Assembly: GCA_026025075.1 (NCBI GenBank)
Contig: JAPEUI010000079.1
Span: 1-64,000 of the forward strand
Length of the DNA: 64,000 bases
Source of the DNA: Vezdaea acicularis
Lineage: Eukaryota
Direction of reading: 5' to 3'
In this document: positions 1-13,006 of the stretch, one piece after another
Numbering within the stretch: position 1 is the stretch's first letter
Layout of the letters: each line of letters opens with the position of its first letter
Program-made: the position numbers and the translations under genes
Notes under the pieces: generated by a model
What the model was told of the DNA's origin: nothing
Databases searched by the model: none
Seen by the model: the letters and a program-made list of their open reading frames with translations, nothing else

Positions 1-475
1 GCGGGGGCGGGACAGTCGGGCTTATTCGCCTTTCGGGAGATGCGAGGGGGCGGCCGGGGCTAGTCTTGTTGTTGTCCGGGTGATGTATGTGTCTTGCTCC
101 GGGTCAGCGCTTTCTTGAAAGGGGGGCGGGGGATGTGCGGGTTTGATCTGATGGTGGGGATATACTGGCAGGGTCACTAGAGGCCCAACCCAACAAGACG
201 GGAATCAGGAAATGGGAAATGGGGCAGGTGTTGAAATCGGCCAAAGATGCAAAGATAGATGCGGACGTAGTACTCGACTACGAACCCGCGAGCTCCACAC
301 GATAAGAGTCACAATTTTACTGTCCGCTGTTTTCTTCTTCATCAGGGAATAGACGCAAACGGGGTTCATCGTCTACCACAGCGATGGATAGCACCCGCCC
401 GGCGCGGGGACCGGGGATGTGGGACGTAGCGCCTGGGGTTTGGGATATGGGGGTTTTACTCTTCTTTTATAGGGT

Positions 476-745
476 GTCATGTCATAAGTTATCATAAATT
501 ATCATATCATATCATATCATCCCAGGTCTTCCGCAGTACAGTACAGTACAAGATTTCCTCCTCATACGTCTTACATTCGTACCATACCTGATATACTAGT
601 CATCCCACACCTGATACATATACCGCCTGATATACTCGCACCAAACCCAATATACTCGCACACCAAAACACTTAAGCCCCACCTATACCCCAAACGAGGG
701 GCATGGCATATTCCCTTATCCCACCCTATCCCACCCTATCCCAGG
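476..745. repeat. Cluster of short simple repeats: (ATCAT)n, (CAGTA)n, CTGATATACT-like copies, (CCCTATCCCA)n
   Basis: Directly visible: atcatatcatatcatatcat ~501-520, cagtacagtacagtaca ~534-550, ccctatcccaccctatccca ~724-743. Confidence 0.7.
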
Positions 746-1271
746 CTGAAAGAACCATTCCCACGAGTTCCCCCTTCGCGTGGAGAGTCATGATGTGGTG
801 GAGTAGGGGTGCAGTACTGACGGATCTCCTCTACGGTGGTAGGTAGAGGGGTGATAGCACGTACAAAAGTCCCGCGCGGTGGACGAAGCAGTGGAAGATA
901 TGACGGGATGGGTGACAGTAGGAACGAGAATGAGGGGAGGGAGAAGCTGGGATGGGCTAGGGCGAGTACTGTAGATGGAAGACGAGAGACGAGAGATCAA
1001 GGACACAACACCACAAGACAACCCAACCCAAACCGTCCATAGAAACCATCATTGAATAACCTCACCACTCGAAGCCCAGGGGGGTATCTAAGTAAAACCA
1101 CATAGCCGAGCCGCAGAGGAAAAAAGAAGGACGCCGACCGGACCCCGTGCCATTTCCCACCTATTCCGAGTCTATTACCCAGAACGAAAAAAAGGCCGTG
1201 TGTACCCGTGAAAACCTTGATGCGTTAGAGATCTTTGAGAAGAGGGGGTGTAATGTGAGGTCCAGTAGTCG

Positions 1272-1370
1272 TGAAGCATTTGGCGCGTTAGATCCCGGAG
1301 GGGTATCCGAAGGTCGTATACTCATGAAGCATTCGGCGTGTTAGATCCCGGAGGAAAATCTGAAGGCCGT
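1272..1370. repeat. Imperfect tandem duplication, ~53 bp period, downstream of the PHD/RING gene
   Basis: tgaagcatttggcgcgttagatcccggagg...gaaggtcgt (from 1272) and tgaagcattcggcgtgttagatcccggagg...gaaggccgt (from 1325). Confidence 0.75.
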
Positions 1371-1502
1371 GGAAAAGCATAAAGTCGAGAACGCCAGAGT
1401 TCTATCCGCCAGAGTTCTACCGGTCCACATCCTTCATTCCAGGCATGATGCCACGCACAAAATACAAGCCACAGCCACAAACAATTCCAATCCTATCACA
1501 TG

Positions 1503-3555
1503 CTACCCCTCCCCGATAACCCCACCCAGAAGCTTCTCCCCCTCCTCTCGCCTGATCCGCTGCACCATCTTCTCGACCTCCGTCTCCGCCACTGGCACCC
1601 ATTCATCCCTCCGTAGCTCTTGCCCCACGTCCACGCGCTCGTACAGCATGCGGCTCACATCACGATTCACCCGTGTAAACTCCTCCTTTGAGATTTTTCT
1701 CGGCTTCGCCGCCCAATACGGCTGCAGTGCGCCGTTAACGATCTTCATGATTTCCTCCTTGGTGGAGAGCGGGACGGTGAGCCGGCTTGGGCTGATCTCC
1801 TTGGCGCGCGAGGGGCGGCGGTGCGTCGTGGGTGAGGAGGCTTTGCTATCATGTCCGTCGTTCGTTTGGGTGGGGCGGGAGAGTCGGCGGGAGCGGTCGG
1901 TGGTAGTATGAGTGGCAGTGGTAGTGGTGGCGGGCGGTTTGGGTGAGCGTGAGGGCGAAAACTTGGGGGGTGCGTATACAGGCTCGACTTTCGAGGTGAG
2001 GGGGATCGGCGAGTTCGGACGAGAGGCGGAGGTGGCGTAGGGGGGTGGCGTTGTGGAGACCACATAAGGAGATGGGTGGTTGGAGCCCGTTGGGGAGGCA
2101 CCCGGCGATGAGAGAGCTGGAGGGGAGGTATGGTCGTAGCTTGTTATCGTGTGACTGTTTGCGGGTTGGTCTTGTGGCTTGGTCGTCGCCTCTTCGACGT
2201 CGCGCAAGAGAGATTGGAGGAAGCTTGGCTGGTGGCCGTCGGCTGTATTGGAGAGTCGAGACGAATTTGGTCGAGGAGCAGCGATCGGAGTCGGCCCACG
2301 ACGTGGGGTAGGGGAGTTCGTGCCGTTGCTTGGCCCTGCTTCAGGGTTGCTGCCGATGATAGGTCTCGTCCTTGGTCGCTTCAGTTTTCGCTCGGGCTCC
2401 TGCATCGGCGTCCGCTCGATAGGCGAAGGCGTCTTCGACGTGGGGCGTTTTCTCTTACGACTAGAGGCCCTGGACGCCAACTCCTTTGCTTTTTCAAAGT
2501 CATGCCATGCAGCCTTCTCTTCTCGCGTTTCTGGTGTCGTCTCCTTGGGCTTGTCCCGAGCAGCAGTGCGGATGTCGAGAAGTGGCGCCGTCTGTTCGAA
2601 TCTGTCGCCGGCTCCTTGCCTCTGAGCTACTCGAAATCGCCGTTGCCATTGTCGCGTTTCCCGTTGGACACGATCCATCTGTCGTTGCGCCCGTCGATAC
2701 TCTCCTGACACGGTATCTTCATCAGGATCATCTAAATCCATGTTGAGATTATCCCAGACGTGCTGCCAGACGTGAGCCCATGGATCGTGAGCGAATCTTT
2801 GTCGACTTCGAAGACTGTAGCGCTCGTGCCCGACGGTTCTAGCATTCTGCGAGCGACGGATTGAGTCACGCCTTAATGGGCGCGCCGTAGTAGCCTCAAT
2901 AGCAACTTGTGTTTGACACGTCGCGCAGTACCACCGCCCTTGAGGAACGTCCTCCAGATCGACACAATAGGTATGGTACGATAGATCGCATCCATCACAC
3001 ATCAAAAGAACATGCTCGTCGCATTCTTCCCCGCATATTTGGCAGGGCTCAGATGCGAGAAGCTCCTCAACTTCATCTTCATCATCACCCTCCACCCAAA
3101 GAGTGGGGTCAAAGTCAGCGACTTGTTTTCGAGCTTCGACCGGGTATGAAGATACGACGGGACCTAAAACAATAATCGTTAACAAGGTTATTCTTCGTTC
3201 TCAATAGTAGTAGACTTGACTTGCCTCCGACGATCTCGCTGAGCTCCACCAGGTGAAAGTCTCGGCGGCAAATTGGGCAACTGTTAGCTCGTTCTACCCA
3301 GGGCTTCAGGCAGTCGTCATGCAGATCATGGCCACAAGGCAAAAGGTGGGCAATTAGTTCTAGGGGGGTTGTCCTTCTGGACAGCTTCAAAGTCGGTTTG
3401 GAGGTTCCATCTGAGTTCAGTGCAATCGGCGAACCAATAGGCGACTTGGAGCCGCCATCTGATTCAGCTTTACTGGGCGTACTAGAGCGAGGGCTTTCTA
3501 GGTGACTAGTGCCTCCATTTAAGTCACCCAAACAAACGATGCAAGTGTCAGACAT
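1503..3555 (-). CDS. RING finger and PHD finger protein (Asr1/PHRF1-like), 2 exons
   Basis: Exon 1 MSDTCIVC...LPCGHDLHDDCLKPW...CPICR is a RING-H2; exon 2 CQIC...MCDGC...YHTYC...WYCATC is a PHD finger. Predicted intron 3164-3224 joins them in frame. Confidence 0.9.
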
Positions 3556-5297
3556 CTTGCCCGATGTTTGCCGGATGATTGAGAAAAGTTGAGCGGGTGT
3601 GAGGACATGAATGTGAAAAAGTCGTTCGTCGAGATGGATTGGATGATAGAAAGGAAGAAAGCTTCGCGAGAGTGGGCTTGAGTTTTGTCTTGTTCTGCGG
3701 TGGTCGGTTAGCACCAACAACGCTGCGACCAGTCAGTAGAGCAGCCTTGCGGATAGAGGGATACCCAAATGTTCAGTCACGCAGGAACGACACCTGAGGA
3801 GGTTAATATACAAAGACAATCAGATGAGTCAGAAAGTGGGGTCGTGGCTTCACAGGTTTTCAAGGCGGATTATGTCGAAGAGGCGTTGGCTGGAAGATGA
3901 TCCCAGACTCGATGCAGGGCAGGTGACTTCAGTTACTTGATAAAAGTGGCCGAAACCAAAGGAAAGTCCTTTAGACTATCTGCTCTTGGAGACGCGTCTG
4001 AACGTGCTGCTAGCTACCTTTTACGTGTATTAGCCGACTCTATTTGACACGTCAGAACGTGACCTGCGAGGCTGCATTAAGACTGCTGCCTTATGTTATC
4101 TGCAAGGCTCCAGGTTAGAGTCGCCCCAGATTTTATTGGCCAAGGTCTCTGTCTCAACAGGTTCATTGCGCGGCGTAATCACATGTTTGTGTGTTTTATT
4201 ATGGAGCAGTGGCCCGGCCTGGCGCTCCTTTGGCCGGATATATCTCGACTCCCGTATACGGGGCCACCAGCCTTGAAGTTCGTCTCATTATAGATCCAAT
4301 GAATATGCAGTGCGAGTTCGGGAAACGATCGAGATAGTTGCAGTCCAGATTTCATTGCCCCTGAGAGGGTATTTCACTGCCACGGTTTAATGCGAACGGC
4401 AAAATCGGAGGTACTGCTTCTAAAATCTTGCATGCTAATCAAGCCTTGTCCCAAATGCCCCATCTAAACCTCCGCCAATTCTCTCAAACGCCGAATTGTA
4501 GACCTCGTAGCCGCTGCGGCAGGTGTTCTGATTGAATCGGTTAGTCGTTGACCTGATTATGTACTCGTATCTTGCTTAAGTAGACTGCGACTGGCGCTGT
4601 CCTAGGCTCCAAGTACTTACGATACCGTCCAGGCGCCTCCAGCTACTGTCTTCTTGCACGACCTACAGGTCCAAATTCCCACAGAGTGTCGCTTCACACT
4701 TGTCTTTCCACAGAATGTGCAAACGTATCGGGCGTGTTGTGTGATTTCCATCTTCTTTACTTGTTTTCGAAGAGAAGCACCGTATCTGAACAAACCATGA
4801 TGCCATTGGTCAGCTTTGAATCGAAGTTTAGTGTTGATTTTTGTAATGGAAGTGGTGATTGATGCTTGAATCCCTAAGATCTGGACTTCTCATACCTTGT
4901 GCCATACTTGCCGGTGACGCCGACCTCTGTCACCTATGTCAGCATCAACTTATCACTAAGTAGATTTAGATCATCCTTACTCTTAGTTCGTTTAGTCATC
5001 TTGTCTGACTATGGAATTTGTAAACTGAGAAGGAAAGTCGTGAAGGGAGTAGTCTGTCGCGGGTGTTTGTCGCTGTCAAGGTTTGGCGATCGGGTTCAGT
5101 GTTAGATTTCGCTTAGCGTGGGTTTCGAGCCCTACGCGAACTGGAAGGCCTACCGGAGCAGTTAGGCTAAGCTTTTATGCATGAGAAAATGCGCATACTT
5201 AAACCTTTCGACCTAGCTATCTTGAAAGCAGTACTCACTATGGAAAGATTTAAGAGCTCTTCGAAGTCACTACCAGCGTGATGCTTGACGCTTCGGA

Positions 5298-5305
5298 TCA
5301 CGTGA
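5298..5305. promoter_or_regulatory. Palindromic E-box TCACGTGA (candidate bHLH/Cbf1-type site) ~60 bp upstream of the CEM1 start
   Basis: Exact TCACGTGA in the sequence; function is inferred only. Confidence 0.3.
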
Positions 5306-5363
5306 AACCACTGAGATACTTGCCGAAGTTTCTCCTTCCAGAGCCATCAACTGCAACCATGAA

Positions 5364-6863
5364 ATGCGCCGCGTGGTAATAACAGGCCTCGGGGCAGTCA
5401 CTCCTCTTGGAGTTGGTACGCCATAAAAGCTCTCTGTTCAAGACGCCGCTAACCTATGACAGGCGTAAAACGCCTATGGTCACGTCTCTTAGCAAGCCAT
5501 AGCGGGATAGAGTCCATCAAGGACAGGAGTGGCACATGGGCTTGTTCAATTGCTGGCACTGTGCCCCAGGGTCCAGCTAAAGATGGGAAATGGACGGCCA
5601 GTGAATGGCTTACCTTAGCAGTATGTTAGGCTCCACACGACAAGTCGAATGGTTGCTAAGTACTGTTTAGGATGAGCGCCGCATGGCGAAATTCACACAG
5701 TACGCGGTGGTAGCAGCTCAAGAGGCTTTGATCGATGCTGGCTGGGAGCCACGAAACACCGAAGACGAAGAGAGCACGGTACATCACGGATGCCATACAA
5801 GAGCAAAGCCAGTCGAATACTGATATAGTCATGCTTCAGGGCGTCTGTCTAGGCTCAGGAATCGGCAACTTCGACGACATCTACGATACCTCCATCCGCT
5901 TTGAGCAAGCAGTACGCTCGGTCTTTTCCCTCCTTACATCGACTCAAGATAACTGACGACTACAAGGGCTATCCCAAAGTCTCCGCCCTCTTCATCCCGC
6001 GTCTCCTAATGAACATGGCCGCAGGCCACCTCTCCATAAAACACAACCTGCTCGGGCCCAGCCACACCGCCAGCACCGCCTGCGCAACCGGCGCCCACGC
6101 CCTCGGCGACGCCATGCGCTTCATCCAGCACGGCGACGCGAAGGTGATGCTCGCCGGCGGCGCCGAATCCTGCATCCACCCACTCGCCATGGCCGGCTTC
6201 GCCCGCCTCCGGAGCCTCACCATGTCCCATGCCCACTCGCCCCAACTCGCTTCCCGCCCCTTCGACCGCGACCGCGATGGCTTCGTGATAGGCGAGGGCG
6301 CGGGTGTGCTCGTCTTGGAAGAGCTGCAGCACGCCCTCGACAGGAAAGCACACATTTATGCCGAGCTGAGGGGCTACGGCGCCTCCTCTGACGCGCACCA
6401 CTTGATCGCCCCAGCGACAGACGGTCACGGCGCTGTTCTCGCGATGCGGAGAGCATTGCGGCAAGCCTCTCTATCCCCTTCATCCGTCGACTACATAAAC
6501 GCACATGCGACCTCCACGCCTCTCGGAGATAAAGCGGAGAACGCAGCGATCAAGAGTGTGATGCTCGGGCCTGAGGGCAAGACCAACCCGCAAGACATCA
6601 ACGTCAGCTCCATCAAAGGCGCGCTCGGACATCTCCTCGGGGCCGCCGGCGCGGTGGAAGCTATTGCCTCTGTCCTCGCGATCGAGAACGGTGTTCTTCC
6701 GCCGACGCTTAATCTTGACAATCTCGGTGCTGGGGACGACGAGTTTAGCTGCAATTATGTATCAAAGGAAGCGCAAGATCGCAAGGTCGAGGTTGTCTTG
6801 TCGAATAGTTTCGGCTTTGGCGGCACGAATGCGAGTTTGTGCTTTGCGAGTTATAGGGGTTGA
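5364..6863 (+). CDS. CEM1: Mitochondrial 3-oxoacyl-ACP synthase (KAS II / FabF-like), 5 exons
   Basis: N-terminus MRRVVITGLGAVTPLG; catalytic motifs TACATG, YINAHATST, GHLLGAAG and SNSFGFGGTN. Predicted GT-AG introns ~5416-5462, 5621-5670, 5779-5839, 5911-5966. Confidence 0.95.
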
Positions 6864-7431
6864 ATAGCTGGTGGCGTCAAGGAATACTCATAAATTGCGT
6901 ACGAAGACTACCCCTAGTGTTTCATGGAGCGTTCCGCACTATATTTCACCCGTTTAAACTCGATCTACCATTCCATCAACCACACTCTCCCAACGCCGTG
7001 CCCTTCCCTGCCTCCCCTCTTCCCCTCCACCCGTAGCTCACCCCTACCCGCAGACTTCTCCAACAACACCAACCACTCCCACACGCACAAAATCCCTGTA
7101 CAGTACAAACAACTTCCTCGCTCCAAGCGCCCCACTCCGGGAACTAACTAGCAGGGAACCGCCATGCCCTCGAGGTGGAAGATCCATCTACCCTGCGTCC
7201 CGCGGTCCCGCGGCAAAGAGGGTGTGGGTCAAGACATGGGATATGGGATATGGGATATTGACGACTACGATCAAGACAGAACCAATCTCATATATATCTT
7301 GCACGAGCGGATTTGGGGATAGGCTGGGTTTGGTTAATGATGGATGATATGAGAGGTTGTACGCTCTCGCGGTGTGTTAGCGGCGATGGACGGGCGAGAG
7401 GGGCATGCATCTGGTAGTGGGTCCAGGGTGG

Positions 7432-7433
<2 letters not shown>

Positions 7434-7477
<44 letters not shown>
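7434..7477. repeat. Poly(G) homopolymer, about 44 nt
   Basis: Directly visible between the convergent CEM1 and DUF2235 3' ends. Confidence 0.9.
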
Positions 7478-7478
<1 letters not shown>

Positions 7479-7895
7479 GGGTAGGTGAAGGGGTAATGTG
7501 ACAGTACATTCAACGGCAGCGCGTGGGGAGACGTCGGTGGCTTAGGAGCTAGAGGTACGTGCGTGCGATGAGCGCGTATGATGGTAGTGCACCAAATCAG
7601 AGGAAGTGTTTTTGAGGAAAAGGGGGGGGTGGAGAGTTCTTCATAGGGATGACTTCCCTTGAAATGATATCAGTACTAAAACTGCTACTGCTGGTGATAG
7701 ATGCAATGCCTCGAGGCTAGCAAAAAACTTCAGTGCGAGGAACCATCGCAAGCGCCGCTACTGCTGTGCTTACCACGAAGAAGCTTCCCAGCTACAGTGG
7801 CGCAGGTAAAAAAAGAGCACAACGCCAACGGAACAAGAAGATCCGGTCCCAAAACTCGCCCTCCTCCGCCGTTTTGGAACAAGTTGCTGAGACCT

Positions 7896-10124
7896 TTAAT
7901 GCGTACCATGCCTCAGCTCGCGTCCCGGGTTCGGACGCGTATCGGCGGGATCGTCACGGGATAATTTCTGCTTGATGAAGACCTCACCGACGGGGTCTCC
8001 AGCCTCCCTCAGAACGGTCCACTCGCCAATACCAAACTCCTTGGGGGCGAATCTGATGCCGCGCCCGCCGCCGCCGACGATGAGGTTGCCGGGGCGGTAC
8101 TTGGGATCGGCCTTCATGCGCTTGATGACGCTATTATGGATCTTGGCGCCGTCGGGGATATCTCTGGTCTCACCAGCGGGGAGGGGCCAGCGGATAGGTT
8201 TCCAGGAGCCGTCGGGCTGGAGATCCATGCGGCGGAAGGGGAGGTATTCCATGATTTTCCAGGAGATGACGGAGCCCATGGGGAGGCCTTGGTTGAAGGA
8301 GAGGCAGTCGTGGATGGGGCCTTTGGTGGCGGCGAGTTCAAGCGCACGGTGGTATTCAGACTGCGTTTGGGGAGCTTGCGCGCCGGGCCCCTCGGTGATG
8401 GGGGCGTCGACGATGTCAGCGATGCCGGGCATGGGGCCGCTTCCGACTTGGAGATGGGGAGGTTGGGGAGAGGATGCGGTGCCGTTGCCGGCTGACGGGC
8501 CGTTGAATGAGAAGTTCGAGAACGAGCTCTCCTGGTCCGCTGCGCACTTCAATGAGAGCATCTTTTCGTAGTCGAAGCCTAGTCCAGCTCTTTGAGCCTC
8601 TCGTACCATCCAGACGAGGGGCGCATGGCTGAGAGGAAACTCTTCGCCTTCCTGTAGACTCCAACCTCCACCGATATCGGCGTGGCCTCCTGCAAACCAT
8701 ATTTCTTCGATGTCCTGGTCTTCGCCGTCAGACGAGTCGGCGTCGTCCGTATCGCGGGGTATTTCGAGAGATAGCTGTGAAAAGTTGCCGTCATCCATCA
8801 TACTTCGATTGCGGCTGGGATCACGGCTGGGATTATGGCTGGGGTTATGGCTGTGCGAGTATTGCGAGCCCGGACGGAAGCGGTCTGACATGGCATCACC
8901 ATCAATTCTGATCTCTGGCGCTGCGAGGGCTTGTTTGTCGATTGGCTTGCTCGGTCTTCTGAATCGATTTGATGCGTCCTTGGGTTTCCTCTCGCTACTA
9001 GGAGCTTTCATCTCATCCTCCATGGCCTTCTTCTCGCCGTTCATATTCTGCTTCTCATCGTTTACCGTACCACGAGTTCTCCTTCCACGGGCGAATCGAT
9101 TAGGATGAGCGACGACATCACGATGGCGACGACGACGACCCGGAGTGCCCTGCGGATCGCCCGAGAGGAGATCCTGGCGGAACTTGGCTCTCCGTTCATC
9201 GATCCCAACGGCATGTCTGATGACCTTCGCGGTACTCCTGGCTGTATACGGGAACTTGCTCCGCTCCATCCATGCAGACTCGAACCTGGGAACACTGTTG
9301 ACGGTATCAAAGAGGCCGAGAAATCTAATACGGCGAACAGGGCGACTGAAGGTTTCACGGAATGCTCTCATGAATTCAAAGAGCTCCCGTTTCTTCTTAG
9401 ACTCCTCCTCGGTACCATCTAATCGTTGTTGCCACGAGGAGAATGTCTTCCACGCAAAGCGGGCAAGCTCTTCATTGCCCTGACTCAATAACCCGACATA
9501 ATCCAGCATCTCGGCTAAGAACCGGGCGATGTAGGCACCGCGACTGAACCCGAAGAAGAAAATGTCGTCTCCGGGAGAATAGTAACGCATTAGAAATTTG
9601 TATCCTCCCATGACGTGAGAGTCAAAACTGGTGCCAACGGCAGAGTCTTTGGCCTTCTGATACCAAGAGTTGAACCGAGCGGCCATACTCGTATGAGAGT
9701 AGGAATTAGATGTTACATAGGTGCCAATGCCAGCTAGAACGTGTCAGCCTTTCATCTTGAGTTCAGTAAGGTTCCTCATTCGGACTTGGGGCGTGGCAAA
9801 GCAGCATTTCAGAAACGCGGAGCGCCACCAAGGAGAGAATGGTTGCCTACGTTGATAATAATGAACTATTGCCATGTTAGCCATTGGACTTTAAAAAGCG
9901 ACTGGGAATATGACTTCTGGCGCACATTGTTGATCCGTTTGCCGGTCGAGCATGCGGTAAATTTTAAGGATGTTGCTGTCGCTGTCATTGCCCTGAAACT
10001 TGTTGCCGGTGCCATCGAAGCAAAGTACGAACTTCTTCCGCTGTCGCCGTGGGCCATACGGCGCATTGGTGTGAGGGTCGACGACAGAGCTGTTCGCCGT
10101 CTCACCGTAGGGGGGGTGGCTCAT
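7896..10124 (-). CDS. DUF2235 alpha/beta-hydrolase (Tle1 phospholipase-like catalytic domain), 3 exons
   Basis: KFVLCFDGTGN; spliced FHYYQPGIGT via a 15-nt microexon 9851-9865; nucleophile FFGFSRGAY; FLGLFDTV; RHAVGIDERR; EIWFAGGHADIGGG. Confidence 0.9.
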
Positions 10125-13006
10125 GGCTCGAGTGACAAGGCTGCTGCAGCCCCTCCGACACAGCTAGATGCCTCGACAGTCACGCGCACATGGAGTCGAA
10201 GCTATATAGCTTGCTCTTGGGAGGTAGTCGTCCGTGGAAAAAGGGAGGAATTGTTGCAAACAAGTGGGCAAAAGATGGGAGGCAGCTCGAAGGCTTTGCA
10301 TGTGGAAGGCGATGGGGGGAGCTTGCTTGGCGCTTCACTAGTAGTAATTTCCTGGAGCTCTCCGCTCCCAGGGTTCGGGCCACACAGATCGTAATTCTCC
10401 GATCCGGTACTCTTCACACGACTGCCGTGACGTTCTCTTTCACTTCCTTGAGCATGCAACCTTCTTGGATACGCTGACCCGCCCAGCCGAGTTCCGCTGA
10501 TGGGATGGACGGAGCGCTCGAGGTCGCGAAAAAGACAACGCGTGCGCAGGCGACAACGATCGGCTTTGCACGACGCCGATTGGACGCGCCTGAACATAGA
10601 TTAGAGTGACATGCTTGACAGCTTCTAATAGGATCAAGCACTTTGGTCTTGGCTGAAGCAGGAGGGAGACCGTCGTCGCTCTGTTGCAGAGGTAGTGCGA
10701 GCAGACGACGGAAGGAATATGTGCAAGTTGAGCATTTCCCTCCCTCGTCGCCTTGAGTTCTGATCGGCGTCACGCTACTGATGGGCGATCAGCTAATCAA
10801 ATGATCGGACTGCATCCCCCCGTCGCCTTCACTACCCCATCCCTTGGCCCACTCTGCCTCCTAAGTGCATCCAGTGCCCAACACACCGATAGACGATGGG
10901 GCAGCGGGCATGATTCAACGCGATTGTAAATAGATAACGATTTTGAACAGAGGCACATCCATCGGTGGTGCGAGGGCAAAATTTCCGATGCAATCTGATA
11001 ATGGCAGCGGTGGACCGAGGGATGCCGGGGGGGCCCCCCGGCGCGTCGATCTTGGGTCGCGGGCCCTTAGCGGGGAAAACAGGGGAGGTCAAGGGAGGAG
11101 CCGGGGACGGAGCGGGGCTCTAACCGCGCGTGGAAGTGGGACAGTGGGCAGTAGTAGGCTTGCCATGCCCGCCAAGCCCTCCCGCCCCAAGCCTTCCCAT
11201 CGCATGCCCGAAGCCAAGGCGCGTCCTGCTTCTCCACGGCCTGCGGGTAAGCCCCACGGTGAGACGGTGCCGCCGCTAAAGGGGGGAAATGGTGAAGAAC
11301 GGACTGCTTGTGCCTTATATGGCTGGCATCCTGGCCGGGAGAGCGAAGGTCGCTGCGTTCGGCATCGATTGATTTGGGACCGGGACACTTCTTGCGCACT
11401 GACCGCAGAGTCAAATGTGACGTCCTGCTTCCTGGGATGTCATACCAACGTGAAACCATTCGTCGGATCGATCCGGTGCGAGAATGGCCTCCCTGGAGGA
11501 CTGTAGCCAAATGCTGTAGCTTTAGATGCAGATGTGTAACGCGGCCGGACTTTCGAGCGTGGAAGCAGAGGGCGGAGGATGGGGAATATCGGACGACGAG
11601 AAGGCGACGCAACAATCAACCGTGACTAGCCGCATGCATCTAACGCCACGACATCGACGAGCCGGCTGAATCAGATGCTGCTACGCCCGTCCCCCTCTCC
11701 TCTTTCAGACGATTGGTCGCCGCGGTCGTGCGTCGCGCCCTCCGTCACAACTCTTTCGCCCATCACTCCTCCTCGGTCTTCTCGCTCCTATCAGATGAAA
11801 GGAGACTGGGGGTGACACTGCAGATCTGTATTCATCGTCAGTTCTCGTTGGAGTATCGCTGGGAGTAGTGGGAACCAAGGGCTGACGCTTCTCGTTGATG
11901 GTATGGAACGCGTCGATCTTTTCCTTCCGTGCGCCATCTGTCCTTCTACAGTGGGCGGGAAGGCATGGCAAGAGGCGATTGACGGGGTTCGAAGAGGCAA
12001 CCAGCTCGGAGCTAATCCGATTAATGAGGGTATTCCCTACACGATCCGTCGAATAGAGGGCAAGGGCTGGCTTGATTGGAAGAAGAGCATCCGATTCTGC
12101 ACCTCTAGCGACATGATGAGCTCCACATCGTGCCGTGCGCTGGCGGGGGGGGCTAGAGCCCTCTCTCGCCTCCCGAATATCGTTCGGAGGAGGGGTCGGA
12201 GGACGGCCATTGGTCCGCAACCGACACGCGCGATTCCGACAAGGGGAGCTCCTCCTCCTAGCGGCCACGCTTCCGAGCATCCATGTCCGGCCATCGCAAA
12301 CTCTCCTCGGGTGTTACCGGGGTCCTCCCGCCGAACGCACATTCACGACGGCGACCAATCGCGATGGGGCCATATCAATCGCGTTTGTTTTTCTCGCTAT
12401 GCTCGATGCGAGCGATCGTGCACGATGAATGCGGAGAGGGGACGAGGGGCGCCCGCCATTGAGCGTGCTCGCGGTCCAGTGGTTCATGGTGATGGCTTGC
12501 ATCAAGGATGGCTGGGACATGTGAGGTGCAAGGGGGGGCGGGGCGGGGGGAACCTCAGACTAATGAAGCATAGCAACGTCAAACAGCAGGAGCGATGGCC
12601 ACTCGGATCCAAGAAGGTCAGGCGCGCTGGATGGGAATGGCAAAAGTCCGGCCCGAGCAAGCAGGAGCGGATGCGGATCAGTGGAGAAGGCAATTGCGAC
12701 TACAGTAGCTCCTTCTGGAGCTGTACGATCGTACGATGGATGTGCCTGACCGCCCTCCCTAGCTCAGCTCCCATGTCCCCCCCCTCTCCCAGCCTTCGCC
12801 ACGGATCTATGCTGCTCGTGTGCGAACCTTCTTGAGATGCTTCACCTCTCACCACGACTCTGCTCCAAGGGACCTTTTAATTCGCATCTCCCAGTCGTAC
12901 TCAATTTACAGTCTCACCCTCAACTGAGGCCTTGCGAGAACTGTCGCCGGCTACGCTGTCCACCCTCGAGCTTCTATAATCCGGACGATCATCACATCTG
13001 CCCGCC

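Noticed and set aside
4355..4400. CCCCTGAGAGGG resembling the CTGAGA element of a TPP riboswitch
   Set aside because: The downstream TPP core (CTGAT...TAATGC...GCG) is absent and no thiamine gene is adjacent.
10180..12835. Many overlapping ORFs of 100-310 aa on both strands between DUF2235 and Ppo
   Set aside because: Arg/Gly/Pro-rich, no recognisable motifs or splice structure; expected by chance in GC-rich regulatory DNA.
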